A stretch of 64,000 nucleotides of DNA from contig NZ_JBMDXN010000005.1 in NCBI RefSeq assembly GCF_048595155.1, forward strand, positions 21,015 through 85,014, given 5' to 3'. The translations under genes and the position numbers were made by a program. This stretch comes from Sphingomonas sp. GTDB lineage: Bacteria; Pseudomonadota; Alphaproteobacteria; Sphingomonadales; Sphingomonadaceae. Below the pieces are notes generated by a model. That model saw only the letters and a list, made by a program, of their open reading frames with translations. It was not told the DNA's origin and did no database searches. The number at the start of each line of letters is the position of its first letter. Position 1 is the first letter of the stretch. Shown piece by piece: positions 48,943-58,807 of this stretch.

Positions 48943-49796
48943 CCTATCAGACGTTGATCGATGTCGACGCCTTGGCGGACTTGATCGAACAGGGCCGTGC
49001 CATCCTATTCGATTGCCGGTTCGACCTGACGGATGTTCACGCAGGCCGGTCAGCCTATCTGCAAGGCCACATACCCGGTGCGTTCTATATCGATCTGGAG
49101 CAGGACCTGTCCGGCACGCCCGATGGCCATAATGGTCGCCACCCTTTGCCCGACCGTGCGGCTTTTGCGGCGCGTATGGCGGCACTGGGGGTAAGCGACG
49201 GCCTACAGGTCGTCGGATACGACACATCGGGCGGCTTCTATGCGTCGCGTCTCTGGTGGATGCTGCGTTGGGCAGGCCACCGCGATGTCGCCGTCCTCGA
49301 TGGTGGCCTCGCCGCCTGGACAGCCGCCGGCAAAACGTTGGTGACGGGAGAAGAGCCTGTGCGGGCGACCGGGACGTTCCGGATGTCGGCGGACCCGGCG
49401 ATGGGTGCGGTAGACGTGCGCGCGATCCAAGCAAATCTTGGTAGCGGCGAAGCGTTGCTGATCGATGCGCGTACGCCCGAGCGTTTTGCCGGCCAGCCGC
49501 ATCCGCTCGACGCCACATCCGGCCATATACCGGGCGCCGCCAACCGCTTCTATCAGCGCAATATGGATGGGGACAGCCGGTTCAAACCGGCAGAGGAACT
49601 GCGGCGGGAATTCGCGGCAATCCTGGGGGATGCCGGGCCGGAGCAGGTGGTGCACCAATGCGGATCGGGCGTGACCGCAACCCATAATCTGCTGGCAATG
49701 GAAATAGCCGGTCTGACCGGCTCGCAACTTTATCCGGGCTCATGGAGCGAGTGGACCAGTAATCCAACTCGCCCCATTGCCACAGGTTCGGATTAA
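48939..49796 (+). CDS. sseA: rhodanese-type sulfurtransferase (3-mercaptopyruvate/thiosulfate)
   Basis: 285 aa, two rhodanese domains, active-site CGSGVTA; ATGA overlap upstream. Confidence 0.82.
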   Translation: MTYQTLIDVDALADLIEQGRAILFDCRFDLTDVHAGRSAYLQGHIPGAFYIDLEQDLSGTPDGHNGRHPLPDRAAFAARMAALGVSDGLQVVGYDTSGGFYASRLWWMLRWAGHRDVAVLDGGLAAWTAAGKTLVTGEEPVRATGTFRMSADPAMGAVDVRAIQANLGSGEALLIDARTPERFAGQPHPLDATSGHIPGAANRFYQRNMDGDSRFKPAEELRREFAAILGDAGPEQVVHQCGSGVTATHNLLAMEIAGLTGSQLYPGSWSEWTSNPTRPIATGSD

Positions 49797-50842
49797 GCGA
49801 ACAGCTTCGCCCAACCACGCTTCTCGCGGTTCTTCCAATGGCCGCGATGATAGGCGTCGGATGCCAGTAGCGGCACGACCGAGCCGGCCTCTGCGAACAC
49901 CATCTGCTCGATCGCCGTGTTCACCTTGCCCCAGCTCGCCGCTTCCTGCAGCGTCGAGGATGAGCAGGCACCGTCGCGTACGTCGGCAACGGTGATCTGG
50001 ATCGCGTACTTGTGCACTTCGACGTCCTCGTGGCCGAGGATTTCGGCGCACACGACGGTGTCCTGTGTGAAGTTCTTCGGCACGCCGCCGCCGATCATGA
50101 GCAGGCCGGTGACGCCGGCCTTGATCTTGATGTCAGTCAGTTCGCGGAAGTCGGCGATCGAATCGATCGTCAGGTAGGGCTTGCCCGCCTTCATCGAATC
50201 GACCTGATGCTTGACGAGGCCGAAGCCTGCCGAGGAGTCCGTGAACGCCGGGCAGAAGATCGGCACGTCATGCTCGTAGGCGAGCTTGACCAGGCTGTTC
50301 TCCTTCTTGCCGTGCTCGACCAGATATTTGCCCATCTCACGGATGAAGGCGCGCGACGAATAGGCCTTGGGCTCGAGCGATTCAGCGATCTCGAAGATCG
50401 TGTGGTCGACGTGCTGGAGGTCTTCCTCGTCGATATAGGTGTCGTAGATACGGTCGATCAGCAGCGAACGCAGCGTATCGTCGTCCGGCACTTCCAGCGC
50501 CTGGAAATGCTTGTGGCCCAGGCCCTCGAAGAAATCCATGTCGACGATGGTCGCGCCGGTGGCGATGATGCCGTCGACCATGTTCGAGCGGACAAGTTCG
50601 GCATAGGCGTCCATGCAGCCGCCGGCCGAGGTCGAACCTGCGATCACCAGGAAGATGGTGCAATCCTTGTCGGCCAGCATGTCGTTATAGATGCCGGTCG
50701 CACGCGCCAGATCGCGGCTGGTGAAGCTCATCTTGCCCATGGCATCGATGATCGGACGGGCATCGTAGCTGCGGATGTCGATATGCTCGACGGTAGTGGA
50801 GAGCAGCTCCGCCTTGCGGGTGTCGTTGACAGGTACGTTCAT
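49793..50842 (-). CDS. deoxyhypusine synthase-like protein (putative homospermidine-type aminobutyl transferase)
   Basis: 349 aa; DHS-family pattern (FLVIAGSTSAGG, GGGVPKNF, AASWGK). Confidence 0.82.
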   Translation of the reverse strand: MNVPVNDTRKAELLSTTVEHIDIRSYDARPIIDAMGKMSFTSRDLARATGIYNDMLADKDCTIFLVIAGSTSAGGCMDAYAELVRSNMVDGIIATGATIVDMDFFEGLGHKHFQALEVPDDDTLRSLLIDRIYDTYIDEEDLQHVDHTIFEIAESLEPKAYSSRAFIREMGKYLVEHGKKENSLVKLAYEHDVPIFCPAFTDSSAGFGLVKHQVDSMKAGKPYLTIDSIADFRELTDIKIKAGVTGLLMIGGGVPKNFTQDTVVCAEILGHEDVEVHKYAIQITVADVRDGACSSSTLQEAASWGKVNTAIEQMVFAEAGSVVPLLASDAYHRGHWKNREKRGWAKLFA

Positions 50843-50953
50843 GGGAAATCCCCGTGCACATATGAACCGACGTCGTTGTGGGGACGCGGAAACCCGAAAG
50901 CGAAGGCCGGACGGATCACCGCCCGACCTTCGAAACGCAATCGCCCTTACGTG

Positions 50954-52180
50954 TTACAGCGTGACGACGTTCGAGGAACGTACACGCTCCGGCAGCGCAT
51001 CCATATAGGCGCTGGCCATCGGCTCATCGTCCATCACGACGGTCTCACCGGCAGTGAAGCCGTTGAAGCCGGTCCGCATCGCGCTGCCATAGGCACCGAG
51101 CATGCCGATCTCGATATAATCGCCAGCCTGGACGTCGGCCGGCAGCATGAACGGCCCGGCCATATGATCGATATCGTCACAGGTCGGCCCATAGAAGCTG
51201 AACGCCATGTCCTTGGTGCCCGAAATTTCCTCACGCACCAGCTCGACCGGAAAACGCCAACCGACATGCGCGGCATCGAACAAGGCGCCATAGGCACCGT
51301 CGTTGATGTACAGCTGGTCGCCGCGGCGCTTTTCGACCCGAACGAGCAGGCTCGCATATTCGGCGCACAGTGCACGACCCGGCTCCGCCCACAATTCGGC
51401 CGAATAGGAGATCGGCAGCGCCTCGAACGCATCGTGGATGGCGTCGAAATAGGCCTCGAGCGGCGCCGGCTCCATGCCCGGATAGATGGACGGAAAGCCG
51501 CCGCCGACATCGATCACGTCCACCGTCACGGCCGCCTCGACGATCGCGTTGCGAACGCGGCCAAGCGCGTTGACATAGGCAGAGGGTGACATCGTCTGGC
51601 TGCCGACATGGAAGCAGATGCCAAGCGCATCCGCGGCCTGACGAGCCGCAAACAGCAGCGCCTTGGTCTCGCCCGGCTCCGCACCGAACTTCGATGCCAG
51701 GCTGAGCTTGGCATAGTCGGACGGCACCCGCAGGCGCACGCACAGGGTCAGGTCGGTCGCCTGATCAGTGGCGCGCATGATCTTGTCCAACTCCTCGATC
51801 GAATCCAGCGAGAAGGTGCGGACGCCATGATCGAAATAGGCTTCGCGGATCGCTTCCTCGGCCTTGACCGGGTGCATGAAGCATAGAGTCGCACGTGGCG
51901 CGATCTGCGCCACAAGGCGCACTTCCGCGATCGAAGCCACGTCGAAATGGGTGATACCGCTGTCCCACAATTGCCGGATCAGATCCGGCGAGGGATTCGC
52001 CTTCACGGCGTAGAGCGAGCGGCCCTTGAACTTCTCCACGAAGAAGCGGGCAGCGCGGTGCGCAGCGTGCGGACGGATGAGCGTGACCGGCTGGACCGGA
52101 CGCCCGTTAGCGATTTCAAGGCTCGTCGGAGCCTTGTTCGGGGTGGCCGCTAGCCCCAGCGCGTTATGTTGCTTGTGCAA
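50954..52180 (-). CDS. type III PLP-dependent ornithine/basic amino acid decarboxylase
   Basis: 408 aa; YAVKANP (PLP lysine), GGGFP, CDDID-type C-terminal motif; TTG start with GGAGG 9 nt upstream, no in-frame ATG nearby. Confidence 0.85.
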   Translation of the reverse strand: MHKQHNALGLAATPNKAPTSLEIANGRPVQPVTLIRPHAAHRAARFFVEKFKGRSLYAVKANPSPDLIRQLWDSGITHFDVASIAEVRLVAQIAPRATLCFMHPVKAEEAIREAYFDHGVRTFSLDSIEELDKIMRATDQATDLTLCVRLRVPSDYAKLSLASKFGAEPGETKALLFAARQAADALGICFHVGSQTMSPSAYVNALGRVRNAIVEAAVTVDVIDVGGGFPSIYPGMEPAPLEAYFDAIHDAFEALPISYSAELWAEPGRALCAEYASLLVRVEKRRGDQLYINDGAYGALFDAAHVGWRFPVELVREEISGTKDMAFSFYGPTCDDIDHMAGPFMLPADVQAGDYIEIGMLGAYGSAMRTGFNGFTAGETVVMDDEPMASAYMDALPERVRSSNVVTL

Positions 52181-52198
52181 TTCAAGGGACCTCCAGTG

Positions 52199-52216
52199 CC
52201 GCAGGCGAACCTGCGG
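52199..52216 (-). other. stable hairpin in the decarboxylase 5' leader
   Basis: mRNA sense CCGCAGG-UUCG-CCUGCGG (7-bp stem, UUCG tetraloop) ending 4 nt upstream of the GGAGG Shine-Dalgarno. Confidence 0.3.
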
Positions 52217-52350
52217 TCAACAGTTGAAAAAAACTGCCTTGCGGTGGAAGTCCCATGGGGCAGCGGACGCGCTACATAGGAGTGGGTACCCCCCATGTAA
52301 AGTTTCAATCGCAGAAGAAATCCGGCCCCAGCTTTTCGATAGGATAAACC

Positions 52351-53313
52351 GTGAGTTTTCAGAGTTATAGTGAGGTTCGCGCGCCCTCCCGCGACGGGAT
52401 TTTAGCGGCGGTCGATCGGGTGGCCAATGTGGCGACGCGCACACCCTTGCTCCCGCTTCCGTCCGCGGCAGGCGGCATCTGGATCAAGGCTGAGTCGCTG
52501 CAGCTGGGTGGGGCCTTCAAGCTGCGCGGCGCCTATAACCGCCTCGCCCAGATACCGGAGGAGCAGCGCGCTGCGGGCGTGGTCGCCTTTTCCTCGGGCA
52601 ACCATGCGCAGGGGGTGGCGCGCGCCGCGCGGATCCTTGGCATGCCTGCGGTGATCGTGATGCCTGCGGACGCGCCGGCGGTGAAGCTGCAGGCCACCAA
52701 GGCCTTGGGGGCCGATATCGTGACATATGATCGGCACCGCGAAAGCCGCGAGCAGATTGCGGCCGATCTGGCGGCGCAGAAGGGCGCCGTGCTGGTGCCC
52801 TCTTTCGACGATGTCGACGTTATCGAGGGGCAGGGCACGACGGGGATCGAGATGGCGGAGCAGCTGGGTCGAAGCCCAGCGCGGGTCGCGATACCCTGTG
52901 GTGGCGGTGGCCTGTCAGCGGGGATCGCGCTGGCATTGCCTGAGGCAGAGATCATCGTGGTCGAGCCGGAAGGCTGGGACGACATGACACGCTCGCTCGC
53001 ATTGGGAGAGATCGTGCCCGTTGCCGACGATGCGCCTGTCACTTCGTGCGACGCCCTGCAGACCAAGCGCGTTGCGGAGCGAACATTCTCGGCATTGGCG
53101 GCGGCCGGGGCGCGCGGTCTTTCAGTTGCGGAAGAGGAGATCCGCGTGGCGATGCGCTACGCATTCGCGCAGGGGCTGGTGGTGGAGCCGGGTGGCGCCG
53201 TCGCTTTGGCGGCGTGGCTGGCGGGCAAGCTGCCACCGATCGATGGCGACACGGTGCTCGTCTGTTCGGGCTCCAATGTCGATCCGCGGGCATTTGCCGA
53301 GGTGATCGGCTAA
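52351..53313 (+). CDS. PLP-dependent threonine/serine dehydratase family enzyme (serine racemase-like)
   Basis: 320 aa, GTG start; LQLGGAFKLRGA (PLP Lys), SSGNHAQGVA, GGGGL loop. Confidence 0.8.
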   Translation: MSFQSYSEVRAPSRDGILAAVDRVANVATRTPLLPLPSAAGGIWIKAESLQLGGAFKLRGAYNRLAQIPEEQRAAGVVAFSSGNHAQGVARAARILGMPAVIVMPADAPAVKLQATKALGADIVTYDRHRESREQIAADLAAQKGAVLVPSFDDVDVIEGQGTTGIEMAEQLGRSPARVAIPCGGGGLSAGIALALPEAEIIVVEPEGWDDMTRSLALGEIVPVADDAPVTSCDALQTKRVAERTFSALAAAGARGLSVAEEEIRVAMRYAFAQGLVVEPGGAVALAAWLAGKLPPIDGDTVLVCSGSNVDPRAFAEVIG

Positions 53314-53337
53314 GACGCCGTACAATGTGGGTGAAGG

Positions 53338-54147
53338 ATGATGGGCATGGGCGGACGCATCAGGGTTGGCATTGGTGGCTGGACCTTCGAACCCTGGCGA
53401 GGCCTCTTCTATCCGGAAGGCTGGCCGAAGGCGCGCGAACTGGAATATGCATCCAGCCAGCTCACCGCGATCGAGATCAACGGCACTTTCTACTCGACGC
53501 AAAAGCCGGCGACGTGGGCGGACTGGGCGAAGCGGACCCCGGACGACTTCGTCTTCGCGATCAAGGCCTCGCGCTTTTGCGTGAACCGGCGGGTCCTGAG
53601 CGAGGCGGGGGAGTCGATCGACAAGTTCCTCAACCAGGGCTTGGCGGAATTAGGGCCTAAGCTCGGACCGATCTTGTGGCAGTTCGCCGCCACCAAGCAG
53701 TTCGATCCCGATGATCTTGCCGGCTTCCTTGCCCTGCTGCCGAAGAGCGTTGGCGGCGTCCCGCTGCGCCACGCGATCGAGCCGCGGCACGAAAGCTTTC
53801 GCAATCCGGCGCTGCTTGAGCTCGCCCGCACGGCCGGCGTGGCGATCGTCTTTGCGGATGATGAGGACAAATATCCGCAATTTGCGGATCTGACCGCGGA
53901 TTTCGTCTATGCCCGCCTGCAGAACCAGCGGGAGGAGGAGATGACCGGCTATCCGCCGCAGGACCTCGACCGATGGGCGAAAACCGCCCGGGCGTGGGCC
54001 GACGGCACCGCTCCGGGCGGCTATTCCTATATCGTGCCCCCCGCCCAAGAGCGGGAGCAGCCGCGCGATGTGTTCGTCTTCATGATCAACGGCGCCAAGG
54101 TGCGCGCGCCAGCGGCCGCCACCGGGCTGATCGCGCGGCTACGCTAA
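53338..54147 (+). CDS. DUF72-family protein
   Basis: 269 aa; IRVGIGGWTFEPWRG..YP..L.YA....TAIEINGTFY pattern typical of DUF72. Confidence 0.78.
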   Translation: MMGMGGRIRVGIGGWTFEPWRGLFYPEGWPKARELEYASSQLTAIEINGTFYSTQKPATWADWAKRTPDDFVFAIKASRFCVNRRVLSEAGESIDKFLNQGLAELGPKLGPILWQFAATKQFDPDDLAGFLALLPKSVGGVPLRHAIEPRHESFRNPALLELARTAGVAIVFADDEDKYPQFADLTADFVYARLQNQREEEMTGYPPQDLDRWAKTARAWADGTAPGGYSYIVPPAQEREQPRDVFVFMINGAKVRAPAAATGLIARLR

Positions 54148-54151
54148 AGCG

Positions 54152-54349
54152 ATGCGCACCATCTCCAACGACGTCGCGGTCCGGCTATATCACCTTGATG
54201 ATGAAGGTGGGGTTGCGACAACTTTGCTCTACGGCTCTCTTGCCGAAGCTTTGGCGGCGGCGGCAGCACAGCCGGAAGACATGCAGCCTGGATTGTATTT
54301 GCAGACAAGCAACGACGTCGTCGCCTATCTGGATCTGATCGAAGGCTGA
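54152..54349 (+). CDS. small hypothetical protein (65 aa)
   Basis: ORF starts 5 nt after the DUF72 stop; balanced composition; no recognisable motif. Confidence 0.35.
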   Translation: MRTISNDVAVRLYHLDDEGGVATTLLYGSLAEALAAAAAQPEDMQPGLYLQTSNDVVAYLDLIEG

Positions 54350-54539
54350 CTTCGATCACCACCGGAGTGTTGCCGGTTTGCATCGATTGCGTGTGCCGGT
54401 GTCACGAACGCGACACAATCGCTTCCTACGGCAATCTCGGGCAAGAACCGGATCGGTCGGCCCCAATGACAGCGAGAGGAACATGTCGGGTGGGATGCGA
54501 AACGCACCCGCCTCATTTCACGACCTAAGGGGAATTTGT

Positions 54540-56855
54540 TTGAGCTTCGTAGTCAAGAAATCCGCGCTCGCCCTGAGCGCGTCGATCGGTGCTATTCTGT
54601 TTGCCACCGCAGCTGCCGCGCAGGACGCGCCTGCGGCCACGGCTGCAGCGGCCAGCGACGATCTTGGGGAAATCACCGTCACGGCGCAGCGCCGTTCGGA
54701 GAATCTGCAGAACGTTCCGGTATCGGTAGGCGTGATCAGCGGTGCCGACCAGCGCACCTTCACGTCGGGCGGCGATGATACATTGCTCTCGCTGTCTGGC
54801 CGCGTGCCGAGCTTGTATATCGAATCGACCACGGGCCGCATCTTCCCGCGCTTCTACATTCGCGGCCTCGGCAACATCGATTTCTATCTGGGCGCCTCGC
54901 AGCCGGTATCGATCATCCAGGACGATATCGTTCTCGAGCATGTGGTGCTGAAGTCGAACCCGGTGTTCGACGTCGGCCAGGTTGAAGTCTTGCGCGGCCC
55001 GCAGGGTTCGCTGTTCGGCCGCAACACGACTGCCGGCATCATCAAGTTCGACACCAATCGCCCAACCCAGACCTTCGAGGGGCAGGGCCAAGCATCGTAT
55101 GGCAGCTACAACACCGTCACCTTCGATGGCGGGGTCGGTGGCCCGCTCGTCGCCGACAAGGTCGCCTTCCGCCTTTCGGCTCTGTATCAACATCGCGACG
55201 ATTACGTCGACAACACGTTCAACGGCGCGAGCGCAGACGGGACGGTCACGCCCAAGAAGAACGCCATGGGCGGCTTCAATGAGCGCGACGTGCGCCTGCA
55301 ATTGCTGTTCACGCCTACGGACAAGCTGTCGGTCCTGCTTTCGGGCCATGCCCGCGATTATGACGGCACCGCGACCCTGTTCGAGCGCGGCTATCTCCGC
55401 AAGGGTTCGAACAAGCCTATCGGGCCGCGCAACGAGGTCGCCTATGACGAAGCGCAGAACAATCCGCAGGCTTACAAGACCTATGGCGCATCGGCACACA
55501 TCTCTTACGATTTCGACTTTGCGACGCTAACGTCGATCACCGGCTACGAAACCACGTCCGGTTATAGCCGGGGCGACACGGACGGTGGCGCGGCCGCGAA
55601 CTTCCCTTTCAACGGGGTGCCCAACGGCTTTGGCGAATCCCAGGGCCAGATTCGCGATCTCGATCAGTGGACGCAGGAAGTGCGCCTCGCCAGCAACGGC
55701 GAGAGCCGCTTCAAGTGGCAGGTCGGCGGCATCTACTTTGACAGCCGTGACACGACCGATTTCTACCAGCGTGGCTATTTCCTGACGACCGCCGCGCGCA
55801 ACCCGAACAATTGGGTGCGGCTGCATAACATCAACACGTCGTGGGGCATCTTCGGGCAGGTCAGCTATGCCCTTACCGACAAGCTGACGATCACGGCGGG
55901 CGCGCGGGAAACCAAGGACACGAAGAGCACACGTCTCCTCAAGACGGCCGACACCGCTGCCGGCGCCGTAACCTATACCGGTCGTCGCTATGTGCGCCTG
56001 TCGGACAAGGAGCCGAGCTGGGATGCGAGCCTGCTCTATCAGATCGACCCGAACGTCAGCGTCTATGCCCGCGCCGCACGCGGCTTCCGCGGGCCGACCA
56101 TCCAAGGTCGCTCGGCCGTGTTCAACGCGGATTTCACCACCGCGAATTCAGAAAAGAACACGTCGTTCGAGGCAGGCTTCAAGAGCAGCCTGTGGGACAA
56201 TCGCCTGCGCTTCAACGCGACAGCCTTCGCCTACACGGTCAAGGACATCCAGCTGAACGGCAATGACAGCAACGGCAATGGCGTGCTGTTCAACGCGGAC
56301 AAGGCAAAGGCCTATGGTCTGGAAGGCGATATCGAGCTGCGGCCGGTGCGCAACCTGACCCTGACCGCGGGCGCCAGCTATCTGCACAGCCGGATCGACG
56401 ACAAGAATGTCTTCGCCCAGGCATGCAGCCTGAACGGCGTCCTGGTCTGCACCGTGGAGGATCCGCTGATCACGCGGGGCACCGGCACTGGCACCACCTA
56501 CTTCGCGCAGATCAACGGCAATCCCTTGCCGCAGGCGCCAAAATATAACCTCAACTTCGCCGCACGCTATGACCTGCCGATCAGCGAGACGGGCAAGATC
56601 TTCGTGGCGACCGACTGGAACGTGCAGGGCTATACCAGCTACGTCCTGTACAAGACCAAGGAGTTCACCTCGAAGGGGAATTTCGAAGGTGGCGCAAAGA
56701 TCGGCTATAGCGGCAATAACGGTGCCTATGAGATCGCCATTTTCGCGCGCAACATCACAAACGAGAAGAATCTGAAGGGCGTGATCGAGAATTATATGGC
56801 TGCGGTTTACAACGACCCGCGGATCATCGGTGTCTCGGTATCGGGCAAGTTCTAA
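54540..56855 (+). CDS. TonB-dependent outer-membrane receptor
   Basis: Start set at in-frame TTG 54540 (AAGGGGA 7 nt upstream), giving signal peptide ..KKSALALSASIGAILFATAAAAQ; plug (EITVTAQRR..NVP), beta-barrel, C-terminal ..SGKF. Confidence 0.85.
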   Translation: MSFVVKKSALALSASIGAILFATAAAAQDAPAATAAAASDDLGEITVTAQRRSENLQNVPVSVGVISGADQRTFTSGGDDTLLSLSGRVPSLYIESTTGRIFPRFYIRGLGNIDFYLGASQPVSIIQDDIVLEHVVLKSNPVFDVGQVEVLRGPQGSLFGRNTTAGIIKFDTNRPTQTFEGQGQASYGSYNTVTFDGGVGGPLVADKVAFRLSALYQHRDDYVDNTFNGASADGTVTPKKNAMGGFNERDVRLQLLFTPTDKLSVLLSGHARDYDGTATLFERGYLRKGSNKPIGPRNEVAYDEAQNNPQAYKTYGASAHISYDFDFATLTSITGYETTSGYSRGDTDGGAAANFPFNGVPNGFGESQGQIRDLDQWTQEVRLASNGESRFKWQVGGIYFDSRDTTDFYQRGYFLTTAARNPNNWVRLHNINTSWGIFGQVSYALTDKLTITAGARETKDTKSTRLLKTADTAAGAVTYTGRRYVRLSDKEPSWDASLLYQIDPNVSVYARAARGFRGPTIQGRSAVFNADFTTANSEKNTSFEAGFKSSLWDNRLRFNATAFAYTVKDIQLNGNDSNGNGVLFNADKAKAYGLEGDIELRPVRNLTLTAGASYLHSRIDDKNVFAQACSLNGVLVCTVEDPLITRGTGTGTTYFAQINGNPLPQAPKYNLNFAARYDLPISETGKIFVATDWNVQGYTSYVLYKTKEFTSKGNFEGGAKIGYSGNNGAYEIAIFARNITNEKNLKGVIENYMAAVYNDPRIIGVSVSGKF

Positions 56856-57008
56856 CCGACTATTCGCCTTGGCCTAAATGAAGCGGGCGGCGGTGCTTGG
56901 TTGCCGTCGCCCGTCTTCTTTCCCAACTTATGTTGGGAGGAACTGTCTGATTTTACGCCCGTTTTCTGTGGCATGCCCATCGTCCCAGGTGGCATGCGGG
57001 AGACGGCA

Positions 57009-57860
57009 ATGCGTATCCACCATCTGAATTGCGGCACCGACTGCCCGATCGGGGGCGCGCTGTTCGACGGACGAAGCCTGGGCCTTACCGGGCGGCTGGT
57101 CTGCCATTGCCTTCTCATCGAAACCAATCGCCATGGCCTGGTGCTGGTCGACACCGGCTATGACCTGAAGGATGTCGATCATCCGCATCGTAAGCCGCAT
57201 CCCCGCATCACGCGCTTTATGCGCGGCTTGCTCAACATCCGCCTGCGCGAAGACGAGACCGCGATCCGACAGATCGAGGCATTAGGCTTTCACGCCAGCG
57301 ATGTGCGGCACATCGTCCTGACTCATCTCGATTTCGACCATGCCGGCGGCCTTGAGGATTTTCCGAACGCTGCCGTTCACGTGATGCAGAAGGAATATGA
57401 CAGCGCGAGCGGCCCGCGCCGCGGCTTCGTCCTGCGCAACCGCTACCGCCCTTCGCAATATGATCAGCTTAATAACTGGCGGACCTATGGTGCGCAGGGC
57501 GAGCGCTGGTTCGGTTTCGATGCGGTTCGCGACCTTGATGGGCTGCCGCCCGAGATATTGCTGGTTGCGCTGCCGGGCCACACCTGGGGCCATGCCGGCG
57601 TCGCGATCCGGACCGGCACGGGCTGGCTGCTCCACGCGGGGGACGCCTATTTCTACCGGGGCGAGATGCGCCAGGCGACGCGGCGCTGCACCCCGGGCTT
57701 ACGCGCCTATCAGAACATGATGGAAGTCGATCGAGCAGCCCGGCTAGACAATCAGGCCCGGTTGCGCTCGCTCTCGGTGGAGCGATCGCGCGAGCTCAAC
57801 ATCGTGTGCGCCCATGATCCAGCAGAGTTCGAGCGCGCGCGGGCAGGGGAGTTGTTGTAG
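57009..57860 (+). CDS. MBL-fold metallo-hydrolase
   Basis: Start at ATG 57009 (MRIHHLNCG); THLDFDHAGG metal motif, LPGHTWGH. Confidence 0.8.
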   Translation: MRIHHLNCGTDCPIGGALFDGRSLGLTGRLVCHCLLIETNRHGLVLVDTGYDLKDVDHPHRKPHPRITRFMRGLLNIRLREDETAIRQIEALGFHASDVRHIVLTHLDFDHAGGLEDFPNAAVHVMQKEYDSASGPRRGFVLRNRYRPSQYDQLNNWRTYGAQGERWFGFDAVRDLDGLPPEILLVALPGHTWGHAGVAIRTGTGWLLHAGDAYFYRGEMRQATRRCTPGLRAYQNMMEVDRAARLDNQARLRSLSVERSRELNIVCAHDPAEFERARAGELL

Positions 57861-57893
57861 GCCCGGTCCTCATCCTGCGTACCGGAGAACGAC

Positions 57894-58673
57894 ATGGACC
57901 TTGGGATCAGCGGCAAAACAGCGCTCGTATGTGCATCGAGCCAGGGATTGGGCCGCGGCTGTGCCACCGCATTGGCGGCGGCAGGGGCTCGCGTGATTAT
58001 CAACGGGCGCGATGCGGAACGCCTGCAGCGGGCTGCCGAGGAAATTGCCGAGACAACCGGCGCCCAGATTATTCCAGTGGCGGCCGACGTCGGGACGGAC
58101 GACGGGCGGGAGGCGCTTTTGGCCGCCGCGGGCGAGATCGACATCCTGGTCAACAACAATGGCGGACCGCCGGCGGCGGATTTTCTGACGCTCGATCGTG
58201 GCAAGCTTCTGACGGGGATCGAGGCGAATATGATCACGCCGATCCTGCTGGCCCAGGCAGTCATTCCGGGCATGATCGAGCGCCGGTTCGGGCGGATCGT
58301 CAACATTACCTCCGGCTCGGTCAAGATGCCGCTGGCAGGGCTCGATCTTTCTAGTGGCGCACGGCTGGGCCTGACCGGCTTTCTGGCCGGCGTAGCCCGG
58401 CAGATTGCCTATGCCAATGTGACGATCAACGGGCTCTTGCCGGGCGCTTTCGACACTGCACGTATTCACGCGCTCAACGCCAAGCGAGCGGCAGAGACGG
58501 GGAGCAGCCGTGAGGACGTTGCCAACCAGCGGATGCAGACCATTCCCGCCAAGCGGCTTGGGCAGCCGGACGAATTCGGCGCCGCCTGTGCCTTTCTGTG
58601 TTCGGTCCACGCGGGCTATATCACGGGGCAGAATATCCTGATCGACGGAGGCGCTTTTCCCGGCGTGCTGTAA
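57894..58673 (+). CDS. SDR-family oxidoreductase
   Basis: 259 aa; CASSQGLGRG cofactor loop, NNNGG, C-terminal GYITGQNILIDGG. Confidence 0.88.
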   Translation: MDLGISGKTALVCASSQGLGRGCATALAAAGARVIINGRDAERLQRAAEEIAETTGAQIIPVAADVGTDDGREALLAAAGEIDILVNNNGGPPAADFLTLDRGKLLTGIEANMITPILLAQAVIPGMIERRFGRIVNITSGSVKMPLAGLDLSSGARLGLTGFLAGVARQIAYANVTINGLLPGAFDTARIHALNAKRAAETGSSREDVANQRMQTIPAKRLGQPDEFGAACAFLCSVHAGYITGQNILIDGGAFPGVL

Positions 58674-58807
58674 GCGCTTGTGATCCGACGCATATATTGC
58701 GTCGTCCGCCGAAAAGTTCGGCCGTCGCCTGAACCGATCGGCCGCCTTTCTGTTTTTCCTATGTGGAATGCGGCTGAAGTCGCTCGGTAGATCAAGGAGT
58801 TAAGACC

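Noticed and set aside
50012-51589. 525-aa plus-strand ORF spanning the DHS-like and decarboxylase genes
   Set aside because: It crosses the intergenic gap of two well-supported minus-strand genes, and its composition is typical of an antisense frame.
54350-54539. Possible cobalamin or TPP riboswitch upstream of the TonB-dependent receptor
   Set aside because: I could not find a B12 box (GCCACTG-like) or TPP core (CTGAGA..ACCTGA) by eye. It is left as an unclassified leader pending an Rfam scan.
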